From the NCBI GenBank assembly GCA_004431415.1, contig QPMI01000596.1, forward strand, positions 61,047 through 125,046: DNA of 64,000 bases, in the 5' to 3' direction. Under the pieces are notes generated by a model, which made no database searches, was not told where the DNA came from, and saw nothing but the letters and a program-made list of their open reading frames with translations. Positions within the stretch are counted from its first letter, which is position 1; every line of letters starts with the position of its first letter. Shown here in pieces: positions 1 through 11,115 of this stretch. Position numbers and translations under genes: made by a program. The stretch is from Cyanophora paradoxa CCMP329 (Eukaryota; Plantae; Glaucophyta).

Positions 1-1223
1 CCCCACGCGAGCCACGTACCCGCGCGCTGACTCTACCCCATCCCCCCCACCCCGGCAGCCCGACATGCTCGTGGACGGGCCTACCCCCCCGACTTCTCCC
101 CCCCTCAAGCCAGCCGCGTGGATCAAGGACGCGAACGGGTACCCGCCGCCCGCATCGCCGCTCGCGATTGCCGCCCGACCGCCCCGCAGCGCGCCCAACG
201 GATCGGCCCCCGCCCCGCCTCCGGACCCCAGCCCGGGCCCGGAGCCCCCGGCGGCCCTGAACTCCAGCGGACCCATCTCGGACGGGTACCCTTTTCCTCC
301 CAGCGCCCGCTCCGCCGCATCTCGGCTGACGCTGTACCCGGCAGACGCGCCGTTCTCCACAGGGTCCTTTCCGATGCCGGTTTCCGGCCCGTGTACGCCC
401 CCTCGGAATCGTCCCCTCCCTCGTCCCTGCAGCCCTCCTCCGCGCCCCTCTTTGCGGCTCCCGTACCCGTACCCGTACCCCCCCTCGACCCTCCAACCGA
501 CGGGGACGCGCCGGCACCCGCCTCGGCTCCCGCCTTCCCCCCTCCGCCTGCTCCGCCCTCCCTCGCGCTGCCGCCGGCGGCGCCGTTTTCGGAGCAGCCT
601 GTGCGGGGGCCAAGCCCTGCCTTGAACTTACCAGCCGCGGCGAAGGGGAACGACGCGCCCAGAGTCAGCTCTCTACCGTCCGTTTCCCCGCCCCCCCCCC
701 CCCCCCCCCCCTCGCCCATCCTTCCAATCCGTTCGCTCTATCGGACCCGGCGCCCCCTCTCAGATCTCGGTACCCCCCCGACTCGAGTCCTGGGCCCTCG
801 CCGGCCCGGCCCCAGACCGGTACCCGGCGGCGCCCCAGCCTGCTCCCGGGGCCCCCCTACATGCACGCGCTGGATCCCCACGCGCCCGTACCCCTGCCCC
901 CCGCCGCCCCCTCCCCCTCTCCCTCCCCCAAGCCAGGCTCGGCGGTACCCCTCCGGGCCCAGACGCCCACGCAGGCCGGCGCCGGCCGCGGTACCCCCGG
1001 TCCACGGACCGGACCGCAAGTGACCTTCGCCCCCGTACCCGTGCAGCACAAACGGGACGCCCATTTCGGCTCGGCGGCCGCCTACGCGCCCCCGCCGCCC
1101 CCGGTCGAGCTCGCCCTCGGGAGCGTCGTCCTCGGGTTCGAATCCGGGCAGGAGCTCGAGGGTTCCCCGGATCCGGACGTATTCGCGCCGCACATTGAAC
1201 GGGGCGTTACGGGCCGGGGGTGA
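1..1223 (+). CDS. 3' part (Pro-rich disordered tail) of a bestrophin-like paralogue; 5' part lies outside the window
   Basis: Bases 1-400 are a close inverted copy of ~3280-3690 (LKPAAWIKDANGYPP, SAPNGSAPAPPPDPSPGPE). The end QVTFAP...GSAAAY...VELALGSVVLGFESGQE matches the end of the minus-strand gene at 2064. Poly-C tracts disturb the frame. Confidence 0.6.
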
Positions 1224-2063
1224 TTCGCCTGACTGCGGCTTGCGCGGTCAGGCTTGGACCTCATCGAGTCATTTCAATTTTGATCCAGTCTGTATCCGGA
1301 TACGGAATCATGTATCATAGTAAATTTAAGTATATTGCTAGGTCTACGTGATGATGATCGTTTCTTCGAGTTCCATGATGTGCACGTAACGCGTACGTAC
1401 TACTGTAATAACATTTCGAATTCGGAACTTTGGAACTGTTTTAGCCTCCAGTGACTCTCATGATCTGGATCCTGTTGACGTTCGAACTCTTTTACGTAGG
1501 CCTGCCGCCGCCAGATGCAGGCTGTCGGGATGCCCCGCCATCCGATGATCGAAACTTGAAAATGAAAAGTCTTGTCCGACGGTCGTCATGATCAGGTACA
1601 GCCCGGCGGATGCATCAATGAAATATTTGTATTGCAATTGACCGTGACGATTCGAATTCTACAAAGCTACAGTCCTGAGTATCATACGTATACCTGCAAT
1701 TGAAAACGTATGCTTAGTATCAACTAGCACCCGGGCAGCGAAGTAAATCACCGACTCGAGCCTTGAAGTACACTTCACACAAATCACGACCAGCGACCCT
1801 GGGGGCCCACGTAAGGAAGTCTAGAGCTAGCCTAGCAGCTATGGTAAAATCCGAAAGCGTCTGAAAAGCTATCAGATTATTCAACGTACAAGTACACTGT
1901 TGGGCTGGGACAACTAGTACATCGGGGCGCATGCCGCGCTCGAAATGATAAGCGCCCTCTTTCATGCGAAGCGGGGATCATCGTAACTGGGGGGTCCTAG
2001 ACGGAACACTGAAACGCTGCTTCAAACTACTGAACAGTATAGCAGCCGCTGGGCGATAGAAAA

Positions 2064-5000
2064 TCACGCGGGCGCGTCGTCCCGCCCCGGAGAGCCGATT
2101 CGGCCGTTCGCCTGCTGCAGACTCGCCGCGCCCGGCTTCGAATCCTCCTGCCCGGATTCGAGCTCGAGGAGCACGATGCTGCCGAGGGCTACCGGGGGCT
2201 TGTAGGCCGCCGCCGAGCCCGGGGAGGGGTACGTCCGATCGGGGCTCGGGCCCTCCGGGGTAGGGGCGAACGTCACCTGCTGCCCCTGGGGCCGCGGGGG
2301 GGTAGACGACGCGCCTAACTTGGAGGGTCGCCGCAGGGCCGACGGGGGGGTATCGGGGGCGGAGAAGGAGGGTACGGCGGAGGCGGAGGGGGAGCGGGAG
2401 CGGGAGGGGGCCGGGGAGGGCGTGGCGGGGGGGACGTGGGGGGGTACGGGGTATTCTTCGGGGGGAGGGGGGCCGGAGGGGGGCCTGGGGCCGGAGGGTA
2501 CGCGGGGGAGGTAGCTGGGGCGCTTAGGGGTCTGGGCCCTGGGCGCCAGCGGCGCCGGCGCCGGCGACTGGTCGGGACGAGGCGGCGAAGGCGGCTCCGC
2601 CGAGTGTGCGTGGCCGCGCCCGGGGGAGGGCGGCGGGGCCCAGTCGGGCGGAATCCACTCGATCGCTCCAGCGCCGGCGCCTCCGCCCCCGCCCCGCGCG
2701 ATTGTTGCGAGGTCCGGCATCGTCCGGAACCGCTTGGACCGGGCCAGGGAGCCCTCCAGGAGGCCTTCGCCGCTGCCTCCTCCTCCTCCCCCTCCGGCTC
2801 CATCGCTGCCCCTCCGGCCCGCCGACCCCGTCCGCTCGGCGCCAGCGCTGTGCGTGCGGCCCAGCGAGCCAGAGAAGAACGGGTTGGGCGAGCTGTGGCG
2901 GCGGCTCCCGCCGCCTCCGCCGGGGCTTGACGGCAGGTCCAGCGCCTCGATACCGAGGCTGCCGCGGGGCTCCGCCTCCTCCTCGCCGGCGCCCTCCTCC
3001 CACGCAGGCAAGGGCGGCGACGGCGCATGCTCCGAAGGCGGCCCGGAGGGCGGAGGGAGGACGAGCGAGGGCGGAGGGGGCGCGAAGGCGGGGGCCGAGA
3101 CGGGGGCGGGGGCGGGGGCGGAGGCGGATGCGGAGGCTGGTCCCTCCTCCTCTGCCGAAGGCGCGTGGGGCCGTTCGGGAACCGGGTGGACGGGGAAGGA
3201 GGCGGCGGCGGAGCGGGGCGAGAGGGGCGCGGAGGAGGGCTGCAGGAAAGATGCCGAGTTGGATTCGGGAGGGGGGTACACCGGCCGGAAGCCGACGAAC
3301 GCCAGCGAGCGCTGGGAGAGGAGCGGGCTGCCGATGGCGGGGGGGTACAGCGTCAGACGAGACGCGGCGGAGCGGGCGCCGAGAGGAGGGGGGTACCCGT
3401 CCGCGTTGGGCCCGTTGCCGGTGGGCGGTGCTGGGCGCTCTGGGCCAGGGCTGGGGTCCGGAGGCGGGGCGGGGGCCGATCCATTGGGCGCGCTGCGCAG
3501 CGGTCGGGGGGCGGGCGGCGGCGTGGGGAGGCGGGAAGCGGCGGGTACCCGTTCGCGTCCTTGATCCACGCGGCCGGCTTGAGGGGGGGAGAGGTCGGGG
3601 GGGTAGGCCCGTCCAGGAGGATGTCGGGCTGCGGGGGTTGGGGGGAGGGAGTAGAGTCAGCGCGCGGGTACGCGGCTCGCGTGGGGTACAGGGGGCGCCT
3701 TGGGGGGTGCAGGGGGGTGCCCTGTGGCGGGTACGGTGGCGGGACGGGTTCGGCCGTGTGCGCCTGCGCCGCTCGAGCGAGGCGGCTGCGCGAACGAAAT
3801 GGGCGGAGGGGGTACGCAAAAGCAACCTTTTTTGGCACCTGCGTCGACGGTCGGGGAGGGGGCGGGGTCTCCATGAGCGCGCCGGTCAGCGTTCGTATCG
3901 TCTCCCAGTAGTGCCGCGTCGGGAAGTTGGTCTGAGCGTACGGTCAGCGAACGAACGGGCCCTTGCTCGGATTCGATCCCGGGACCGCGACCGCACCGCG
4001 TATTTGTCGAAGGGATTGTAGAGCTCTGTGGCGGGAAAAGGTGGGCGTGACGTTCGAATCTGTGTACCCCGGAGCATTGCGTACCCCTGTGGAAGCGGCA
4101 GATGCCTTCGTAGATGACCGAGTTCACGAACACGAGAAGGACACCGTAGATAAGCTTGTCCACGGACTGCGGGGGCACAGAGATCAGGGGGATACCTGCG
4201 ACGTGGGGATACAGATATAAAGCATGCGGGGTACCTTTTGAATGATTCCCGTCGAGAACCAGGTGGCTGGGAGTACAGTATGTCAGGCGAGGACGAGGAC
4301 GGAGTACATGAAAGAGAGCCGGGTCGGGGGGTACCGGCGAGGACGCAGATGAAAATCAGATGAATCTACGTGGGCGGCGGGAGCGTCGGTCGGCGAGAAA
4401 GGGGTACGGTCGCCCAGGCGCGGGAGCGGCGTACCCGGGTCACGAGCCCGATGAGGCGCGTGTAGATGTAGGGGATCTGAGTGCTCTGGTACACTGCGAG
4501 CGAAAGGCCGCGTCGGATGCGGGGGTAGGGACGGCGATCTACCCCCCGGGAGGGGGGGTACGGCGCGGGGGGTACAGCAATCACCGAGGCAGTCGGCGGC
4601 GTTCTGGCGGAAGATGCCGAGGGTGTTGTCCAGGATCAAAAGAGAGACTTTCCTGCGCGCGCGCACGCGCGCGCTCAGGAGGGCCCAAGGAGAAGAAGAA
4701 CGGCGACGTTTCAAGAGGGAAGGAAGCGAAGACAGTTTCAAGGTGACGCCGGACGGCGCCTGGCAGCTGGGATCGGGGCGGGGTGGGGATGGGGCGCGGG
4801 TTCTCAAGAGAGAGAAGGGGAAGGGGAGTAGGTGTGTGTGTGGGGGGGGGGGGGGGGGGGGGGGGCGTTGCTGGGGCGGGGGCGGGGCGGGGGATTCTGG
4901 AAGGGAACCCATACGCTAGAGAGGCTGGGGAGGAGGCGGGGCGGGGCGGGGGCGGGGCGGGGGCGGGGCGCACGGCTGGTGTAGCAGGCCGGCGTGATCC

Positions 5001-6077
5001 GTCTTGCGCATCAGCGTCGAGAGCCACGTGAGCACCTGCCGGCGGGGCGGGGCGGGGCGAAGGGGCTAGCTCAGTGAGGGGCTAGCTAGCTCAGTGGGGC
5101 TATAATAAATAGTCGGAGAACCGGCGGGAAGAGCGCGGGCGCGGGGTACGGCGCACGATGACGTAGCGGCCGGTGGCGCGCGGCTGCAGGGCCGCCCACT
5201 CCTCTTCCCGCATCACTCCCGCCTCCAGCAGGTCGCCCATGTCTGAGGATCAGATCAGAGGTCACATCGCGAGGCATAGAGGCCAGAGGCAGAGCCGGCG
5301 CGCGTGTGCGCGCCCTCGGTCTTGCGGGCCTGCTTGTAGACCATCGCGTGCGCCAGCGTCATCAGCCGCGTCAGCTCGTGCCGCGCCTGCCGCGACGCGA
5401 ACCGCCGTGCGCGTGAGCGGTGTCGAAATAGGCGCGTCAATGCGCATCGCGGCGCGCGGCACGGGGCGCGCCTCCTGCCCGCGGGTGCTGTCGTCTACAT
5501 ACGCGATGGCTTGCCTGCAGAAGTCCGTCGTTCGTCCCTGCACCCTGCGCGGTGCGTCTGGATGGTTGATGTCTGGACGGTGCAGCGAACTCTAAGGGCG
5601 TTGCGACATCACGCACGCCGCGAGGTGCATCCGCATGCTCCACCATCGGGAGAAGGTTTGCGCGACGAACTGGGTGAGGAGGAAGGAGACGAGGGTCGAG
5701 AACACGAGCAGGTCCGTCGATTCGTATTGCTGCAGGCAGAACGACCAGTTGCTGCCCGAGTCGTCTGTCCTGCAGGAGACGGCTCCGAGCGCCGCCGCGA
5801 TGCCGGTCACTTGCACCCGGAGCCGCCGCGAGTTCAATTAGCTTGGCCCGCGGCCCGGCGGCGAGGGCGCTCACGGATAATGGTACGAATGAAAATTCCA
5901 CTTTTGAAGTCGGACCACTCGAGATGGAAGATCGAGCTCCAGCCGAGCGCTAAGCGCGGCGCGTAACACGTGTCAGAGGGACCGCGCTCCTGCGCCGCAC
6001 GCAGAGGCGCGCGCACCCTTTCCCGGGTCGTACTTAAGAATGTGCTTGTGCTTCTTGTTGCGAGAGTCCTGGTGCAT
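2064..6077 (-). CDS. Bestrophin (RFP-TM) family anion channel with long Pro-rich C-terminal tail, multi-exon
   Basis: Spliced exons give MHQDSRNKKHKHILKYDPGKALGWSSIFHLEWSDF, VFSTLVSFLLTQFVAQTFSRWWSMR, RHELTRLMTLAHAMVYKQAR, TQIPYIYTRLIGLVTR and YEGICRFHRELYNPFD. These correspond to the bestrophin SF-LGF-V---RWW, IPLVYTQ and AEQLINPFG motifs. GT-AG introns; start codon inferred. Confidence 0.8.
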
Positions 6078-6886
6078 CTGCACGGGAGAAGCCCAGAATT
6101 TGGAGACCCGCTCGGTCGCAAACTCGAGACTCTGTGGCGCGGCAGGGATCAGAAGAGGTTAATTCGCACTCTGCTAATGCTTTACGAGCAACCTCCGCGG
6201 CCCGCCGGCACTGCGATCGCTGCCGGGATGCTGCTGTGGCTCTAGCACGCCACAGGTTGCGAGCAAGCCCGCCAGCGCGGATCGCTGATAGCAGTGCTGT
6301 TCTCTTTCTCTTTTTCATGCTTCCCGCGCCGCACGCCGCCCGCGCAGCCCTCGCCCGCGGCACCCGTCTCCCGCCCGCAACGATCATATGTGACCCGCGG
6401 CCCGCGGGGCGCTCACCTTCCTGCCGAGGTCTATGCTTTTTCGCCTCCCAAAGTCCACGCTCCTCCGAATGGCATCTATCGACGCGCGCCGCTCTGGCTG
6501 GTGGTCGGTGTCCGGGGTCGGGCTGGTCGCATCGGGGCTGCCGCGGGGGCTGGCGAGCCTATTGAAGTTCCGCCGCTCCCCGCTCGTGCGGGGCCCGCTC
6601 TCGCGGGGCTCCCTCTCCATTCCTTTCGGGAGGGGGTCTAGCTGGTGGGGGGTACGCCCGGTCGCCCGGTGTTAGTGCGGCAAGGTTCGCCCAAAAAACC
6701 CGCCTTCTCCTCTCTCCAGCCTCCGGGACCGGCGCCGAGGCTCGCAATCGATGCCATTAGACCCCTAGAAGGATCCCCGCCGAGTGCCGCCGCCTCCCGC
6801 CCTCTGCAACCCGTGATCGTCACTTCTTCTGCTGCTGACCTCCGCCGCGCCTCCGATCGGATCGTGCTGGCCTCGCAGATACAAAC

Positions 6887-7921
6887 ATGTCGAAGCGGGG
6901 TGCGTTCGCGGCGCTCTGGGCGATCTGGATGCGATAGCTCGGCAGCCACCAGAGCTAGCGGCAGCCGAGCGCCCCAGGATCGCGCGGCGGCTGACCGCGG
7001 GTGCGGCACGGCTGCGCAGGGCGTGGTGGTGCCAGCGGCAACAAGTTCCGGATGACCCTTGGTCTCCCGGTCGGCGCGGTCGTGAACTGCGCGGACAACA
7101 CGGGCGCCAAGAACCTGTACGTCATCGCCGTTAAGGGCGTGCACGGCCGCCTCAACCGGCTGCCGGCCGCCACCGTCGGCGACATGGTCATGGCCACCGT
7201 GAAGAAGGGCAAGCCCGAGCTCCGCAAGAAGGGTGCGGGCCCTCTCGGCGCGGGCTGGGCGCGCGGCGGCCGATCGGGGCGCGTGCGCAGTGATGCCGGC
7301 CGTCATCATCCGCCAGAAGAAGTCGTGGCGCCGCAAGGACGGTGTCTACATCTTCTTCGAGGACAACGCCGGTGTCATCGTCAACCCCAAGGGCGAGATG
7401 AAGGGTGCGCGCGCCGCGCAGCGGTGGGGTTCCTTTCTGCTAGGCTCCCCGCGGGTCCCCGCCTAGGTTCCCGGGCCTGGGGCGCTCGGGCCCGCTCCTC
7501 TCGGGTCCCGCGATCCCGCAAGCTCCCTGCGCGATGATGACCAAATGCTCATTCATATCCATGTGATGAAACTCTTTACAAATCATCTTTCGGGGCTGAA
7601 GCCAGGACTTGCGTGCCGCCCTCGTCCCGCCCGCCCTAGTCCCCTTTCCTCTTCCGGCAGAGTGATGACCAAATGCTCATTCTTATCCACGTGATGAAAC
7701 TCTTTACAAATCATCTTTCGGGGCTGATGCCGGTCCTTCCCACTCTACCCCCCAGCTCTCCCGCCCCGCCCCCGTCCGCGCCCGCCCCGCGCGCCGGCTG
7801 ACGCGCCGCGCCCGCCCGCCCGCCCGCCCGCGCCGCAGGCTCGGCCATCACCGGCCCCGTCGGCAAGGAGTGCGCCGACCTGTGGCCCCGTATCGCGTCG
7901 GCTGCGGGCTCCATCGTATAA
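6887..7921 (+). CDS. RPL23: 60S ribosomal protein L23 (uL14), 4 coding exons
   Basis: [38 protein letters not shown]...[75 protein letters not shown] after removal of three GT-AG introns. Confidence 0.98.
7526..7606 (+). ncRNA. Box C/D snoRNA, snR39B/SNORD2-like, copy 1, in RPL23 intron 3
   Basis: C box ATGATGA at 7534, internal C' GTGATGA, D box CTGA at 7596, terminal CCTG/CAGG stem. The guide CATCTTTCGGG is complementary to the conserved LSU rRNA CCCGAAAGAUG. Confidence 0.88.
7654..7733 (+). ncRNA. Box C/D snoRNA, snR39B/SNORD2-like, copy 2, in RPL23 intron 3
   Basis: C box GTGATGA at 7662, D box CTGA at 7724, CCGGCA/TGCCGG terminal stem. The core is nearly identical to copy 1. Confidence 0.88.
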
Positions 7922-8607
7922 GCGCCTCCGTCCCTAGGGACAGTCACCTCCCGCCCTCCCGTGTGCACAACGCGGGCAGGCCTTGCCGCCGTCCTCTGAG
8001 CCCCTCGCATCCTGCCCGCCGCGGGGAGCCGCCGGGATCGCTCTGTGGGGTTGGGGCGGAGTCGGGTCGGACGGGCCAGGGCAAGGACAGGGCTCTCCGA
8101 AATACGAGCCGAAGGTTCGGCCAGCGCCGCACGGGAGGCCGCGGGCGACCGGATCGGTTGCGGGCCATGTGCACTCTGGTCTATACTGCGCTAGCTGTAG
8201 CCGTTGCGCCGCAGCGCCACCGGGCATGATATTTACGGGCCGCGGGCTCCGGGTTATAATATAAGCTTTATATTTTACGGGCCGCGGGCTCCGGGATCCG
8301 GACGTGGACCCGCGCGCGGCCGGGTGCTCCGGTGAAAGGCTAGCGCGCGTGCTACTGATTCAACTTCGCCAGCCTCGAGCCTCATGCATGGCCTCGCCCT
8401 CTGAATCCCGTCAGCCCACTCGGCCAGCCCCATTCCCCAGCGACCTGCCAGTTCAACTGCGGATAGCGAATTGAACAGTTCCTGTCTAACTCTGTGACAT
8501 AGCAAATACTAGACTCCCTATGCAACCCTGGAGAGTAAAGTTGCCGAAGTTCAATGAATCTTGCACTGCGTCCCGAGGGCTTGCCCCACACAGGCAGCCG
8601 CGGCCGG

Positions 8608-9561
8608 CTATACGTCGTCGTCCGCCTTGTATGCAACCATAGCGTCGACTTTGTGCACCTGCGATCAATTTAAGCGCGGGCAGGCAAGCAGCTCAGGGTG
8701 CTGCGGGCGGGCGGGCGTGCCTTGGTCGTGAAGGAGCGGAGCCGCACTTCCTGTGACTTGCTGATGTACTTCGGGTCGCTCTCCTCCCACGACTGCGGCA
8801 CTTCGCACTTCGGATCCGTGTACACGAGCAGATCGAATGTGCCTGACGAGCACCGGCGGTGGCAGCCACGTCAGCAGCGAGCGCGAACGCGGGGCAGCAC
8901 GCTTGGCGGGAGGACGCACAGGCCTCCTGCAGGAGGGGCAGGAAGGTGACGCTAGCGGTGATTTGCCGAATGATAGCCTGAATCTCGCCCATGATCTCCT
9001 TCTCGGACTTCTCGCGCGTGCTCCTGCGCCAGGCGGTTGGCAGACGATACTGTGGGAGCCGGGCTGGCGCGCAGGGAGGGCACGGGCGTACACTTTGCCG
9101 TCGACGACATCCTTGTCCGTTTCGACGTCGAAAGCCCACCGCTCGAGGACCTGGAGCGTCTCCGCGCTAGTGATTACAACGACGAGCTTTTGAACGAGGC
9201 CGTGCAGAAGCCACTCTGCGGGCGGGCGGGGGCGGATCAGGGATGAATAGCAAAGCCGCGGCACTCAAAAGCGCGGCTCCGCACCCGAAAGCTGCGTGAG
9301 GACCGAGCCGAGGTACTTGCTGAGGCCCTCGTCGTTGGTGACAAGCATCGTGAGGCCGTACTTGTTCGCACGAGTGAAAGTCTCCGGAGGATAGATACCG
9401 CGCTGGTACAATATAGAGTTGATGGAATAGCCTGCGGCGCAGAGCGGTGAGCTGGGCGGGTGCGGCGCGAAAACGGGGCAGCGCGGACCGAAGAACTCCG
9501 TCACGATCTCTGTAGATCCCCGGAGGGTGATGTTCGTGCGAGCCGCCTGCGCCGTCGCCAT
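8608..9561 (-). CDS. MAD2: Mitotic spindle checkpoint protein MAD2 (HORMA domain), multi-exon
   Basis: ITLRGSTEIVTEFFGYSINSILYQRGIYPPETF, LERWAFDVETD, EIQAIIRQITASVTFLPLL, FDLLVYTD, WEESDPKYI, QEVRLRSFTTKVHKVDAMVAYK. Confidence 0.96.
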
Positions 9562-9670
9562 CTTGTTGCGCCAAAGAGGGGTACAGTGAGCCACACTTGC
9601 TTGGCTAACGTGGGCTCAGCTCGGCTCGTCGCTCAGCTAGCTCAGCTCACCACTCAGCTACCCGTATTTG

Positions 9671-10785
9671 ATGGCCTCGGCCGATTCGGGCAGGTCCTGG
9701 TTCCGCACGCAGCCTGTGCCCGGCGTCGACGGCGTGCTTCGGATCGACGAGCCACACTACTTCGCCGGCAACCGCGCGAACGTGTACCTGCTCCGCGGCA
9801 CCTCGCTGGACCTTCTCGTGGACAGCGGTGCGCAATCGCTGGCCATGGCGCTAGCGCTGGATCGGATCGCGCGCGCCGTACGCTTGCTATTGTTCGCTCT
9901 AGCTATTGATATCGCCTCCTCGGGATCCAGGGCTGGGCGTCTGCAACCTGCGGGAATACCTCGTCGCATCGAGGCTGATCGACGCCGATCCGGATCCTGC
10001 AGTGGACGGCGCGCGCCGGCGCCCGCTCCTCTGCGTGTGCACGCACATCCACTTCGATCACAGCGGCGGCCTCGCTGACTTCGACGAGGTGCGCCCCAAT
10101 CGGCGGAGCGGCGCCTCGATCGAGCAGCGTCCGTGCCGCGAGAATTCAATCGATTTCCGGCCCGCGCGCAGGTGGCCGTGCACTCGGACGAGGCCGAGGC
10201 GCTGAGCGCGGCCGACCAGGTGCGCACGGTCACATGGATGGCGGACGACCAATTCGCGGCGCCGCCCTCGCCGGGCTTCCGGGCCTCCTCGTACCGCGTG
10301 CGGCCCGTGAAGCCCGAGCGGATCCGCGTCCTGCGCGAGGGCGACACGCTGGACCTGGGCGACAGGCAGCTCGACGTCCTTAGGTGAGCGGCCGTGCGCC
10401 CCGACATTCTAGGGCGGATCAAATTCGAATTTGATCTATCTGATGACCGGTACCACGCAGCACGCCCGGGCACAGCCCCGGCAGCGTCTGCCTACTCGAC
10501 CGACGCGCTGGGCTCTTGTTTTCCGGGGACACTCTCTACGACGGCGGGCTGATCGACTGGCTGCCCGGGAGCGACGTGGGCGCGTACCGGGCTTCCCTCT
10601 CGCGGCTCCGATCCCTTGAGGGCGTCCGGACCGTTCTCCCGGGGCACTACGCGGCCTTCGGGGCGGGGCGGATGCGCGAGATCGCAGAGGAGTACCTGCG
10701 CGGGGACCACGCCCTCGCCCGGGCCGCGAAGCCCCTAGTCTCTGCCTACTTCCACGCCAAGGCGGGGCCCTGCTGCCTCTCGTGA
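9671..10785 (+). CDS. Metallo-beta-lactamase fold hydrolase, MBLAC2-like, multi-exon
   Basis: NRANVYLLRG..DLLVDSG, THIHFDHSGG (HxHxDH), TPGHSPGS, LFSGDTLYDGGLIDWLPGSD, VLPGH; ends GPCCLS*. Confidence 0.9.
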
Positions 10786-11115
10786 AATACTCGAAGAAGA
10801 ACGTCGCGCTCTGCAATTGTAGATACACGGCTTCAGCAAAACGCTAATGCTTCGTCAAGGCGAAGGCAAAAATATCCTATAGAATGGTGGCGAAGCTGAA
10901 AAAGATCTAAACCACTAAACGGAGCGGCGCGCGCGCCTGGAGGCCGATTCGGCCGGGCACCAGCCTACCTTTCCCTTCCTACCCTATAGCTACGAACGCA
11001 GGCTGTCACAATGATTGAACACGGGTAAGGCGGACACTGTCACCGCCTTCAGAGATTCGAGCTGAACTGAGCAAAGGCGAAAAGGAAACAAAGGGTGAAA
11101 GTCTGGCCGTCCATC

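Noticed and set aside
1720-1965. 81-aa ORF in the AT-richer spacer between the bestrophin paralogues
   Set aside because: No recognisable motif, and it is probably 3' UTR or intergenic. A degraded foreign fragment cannot be excluded.
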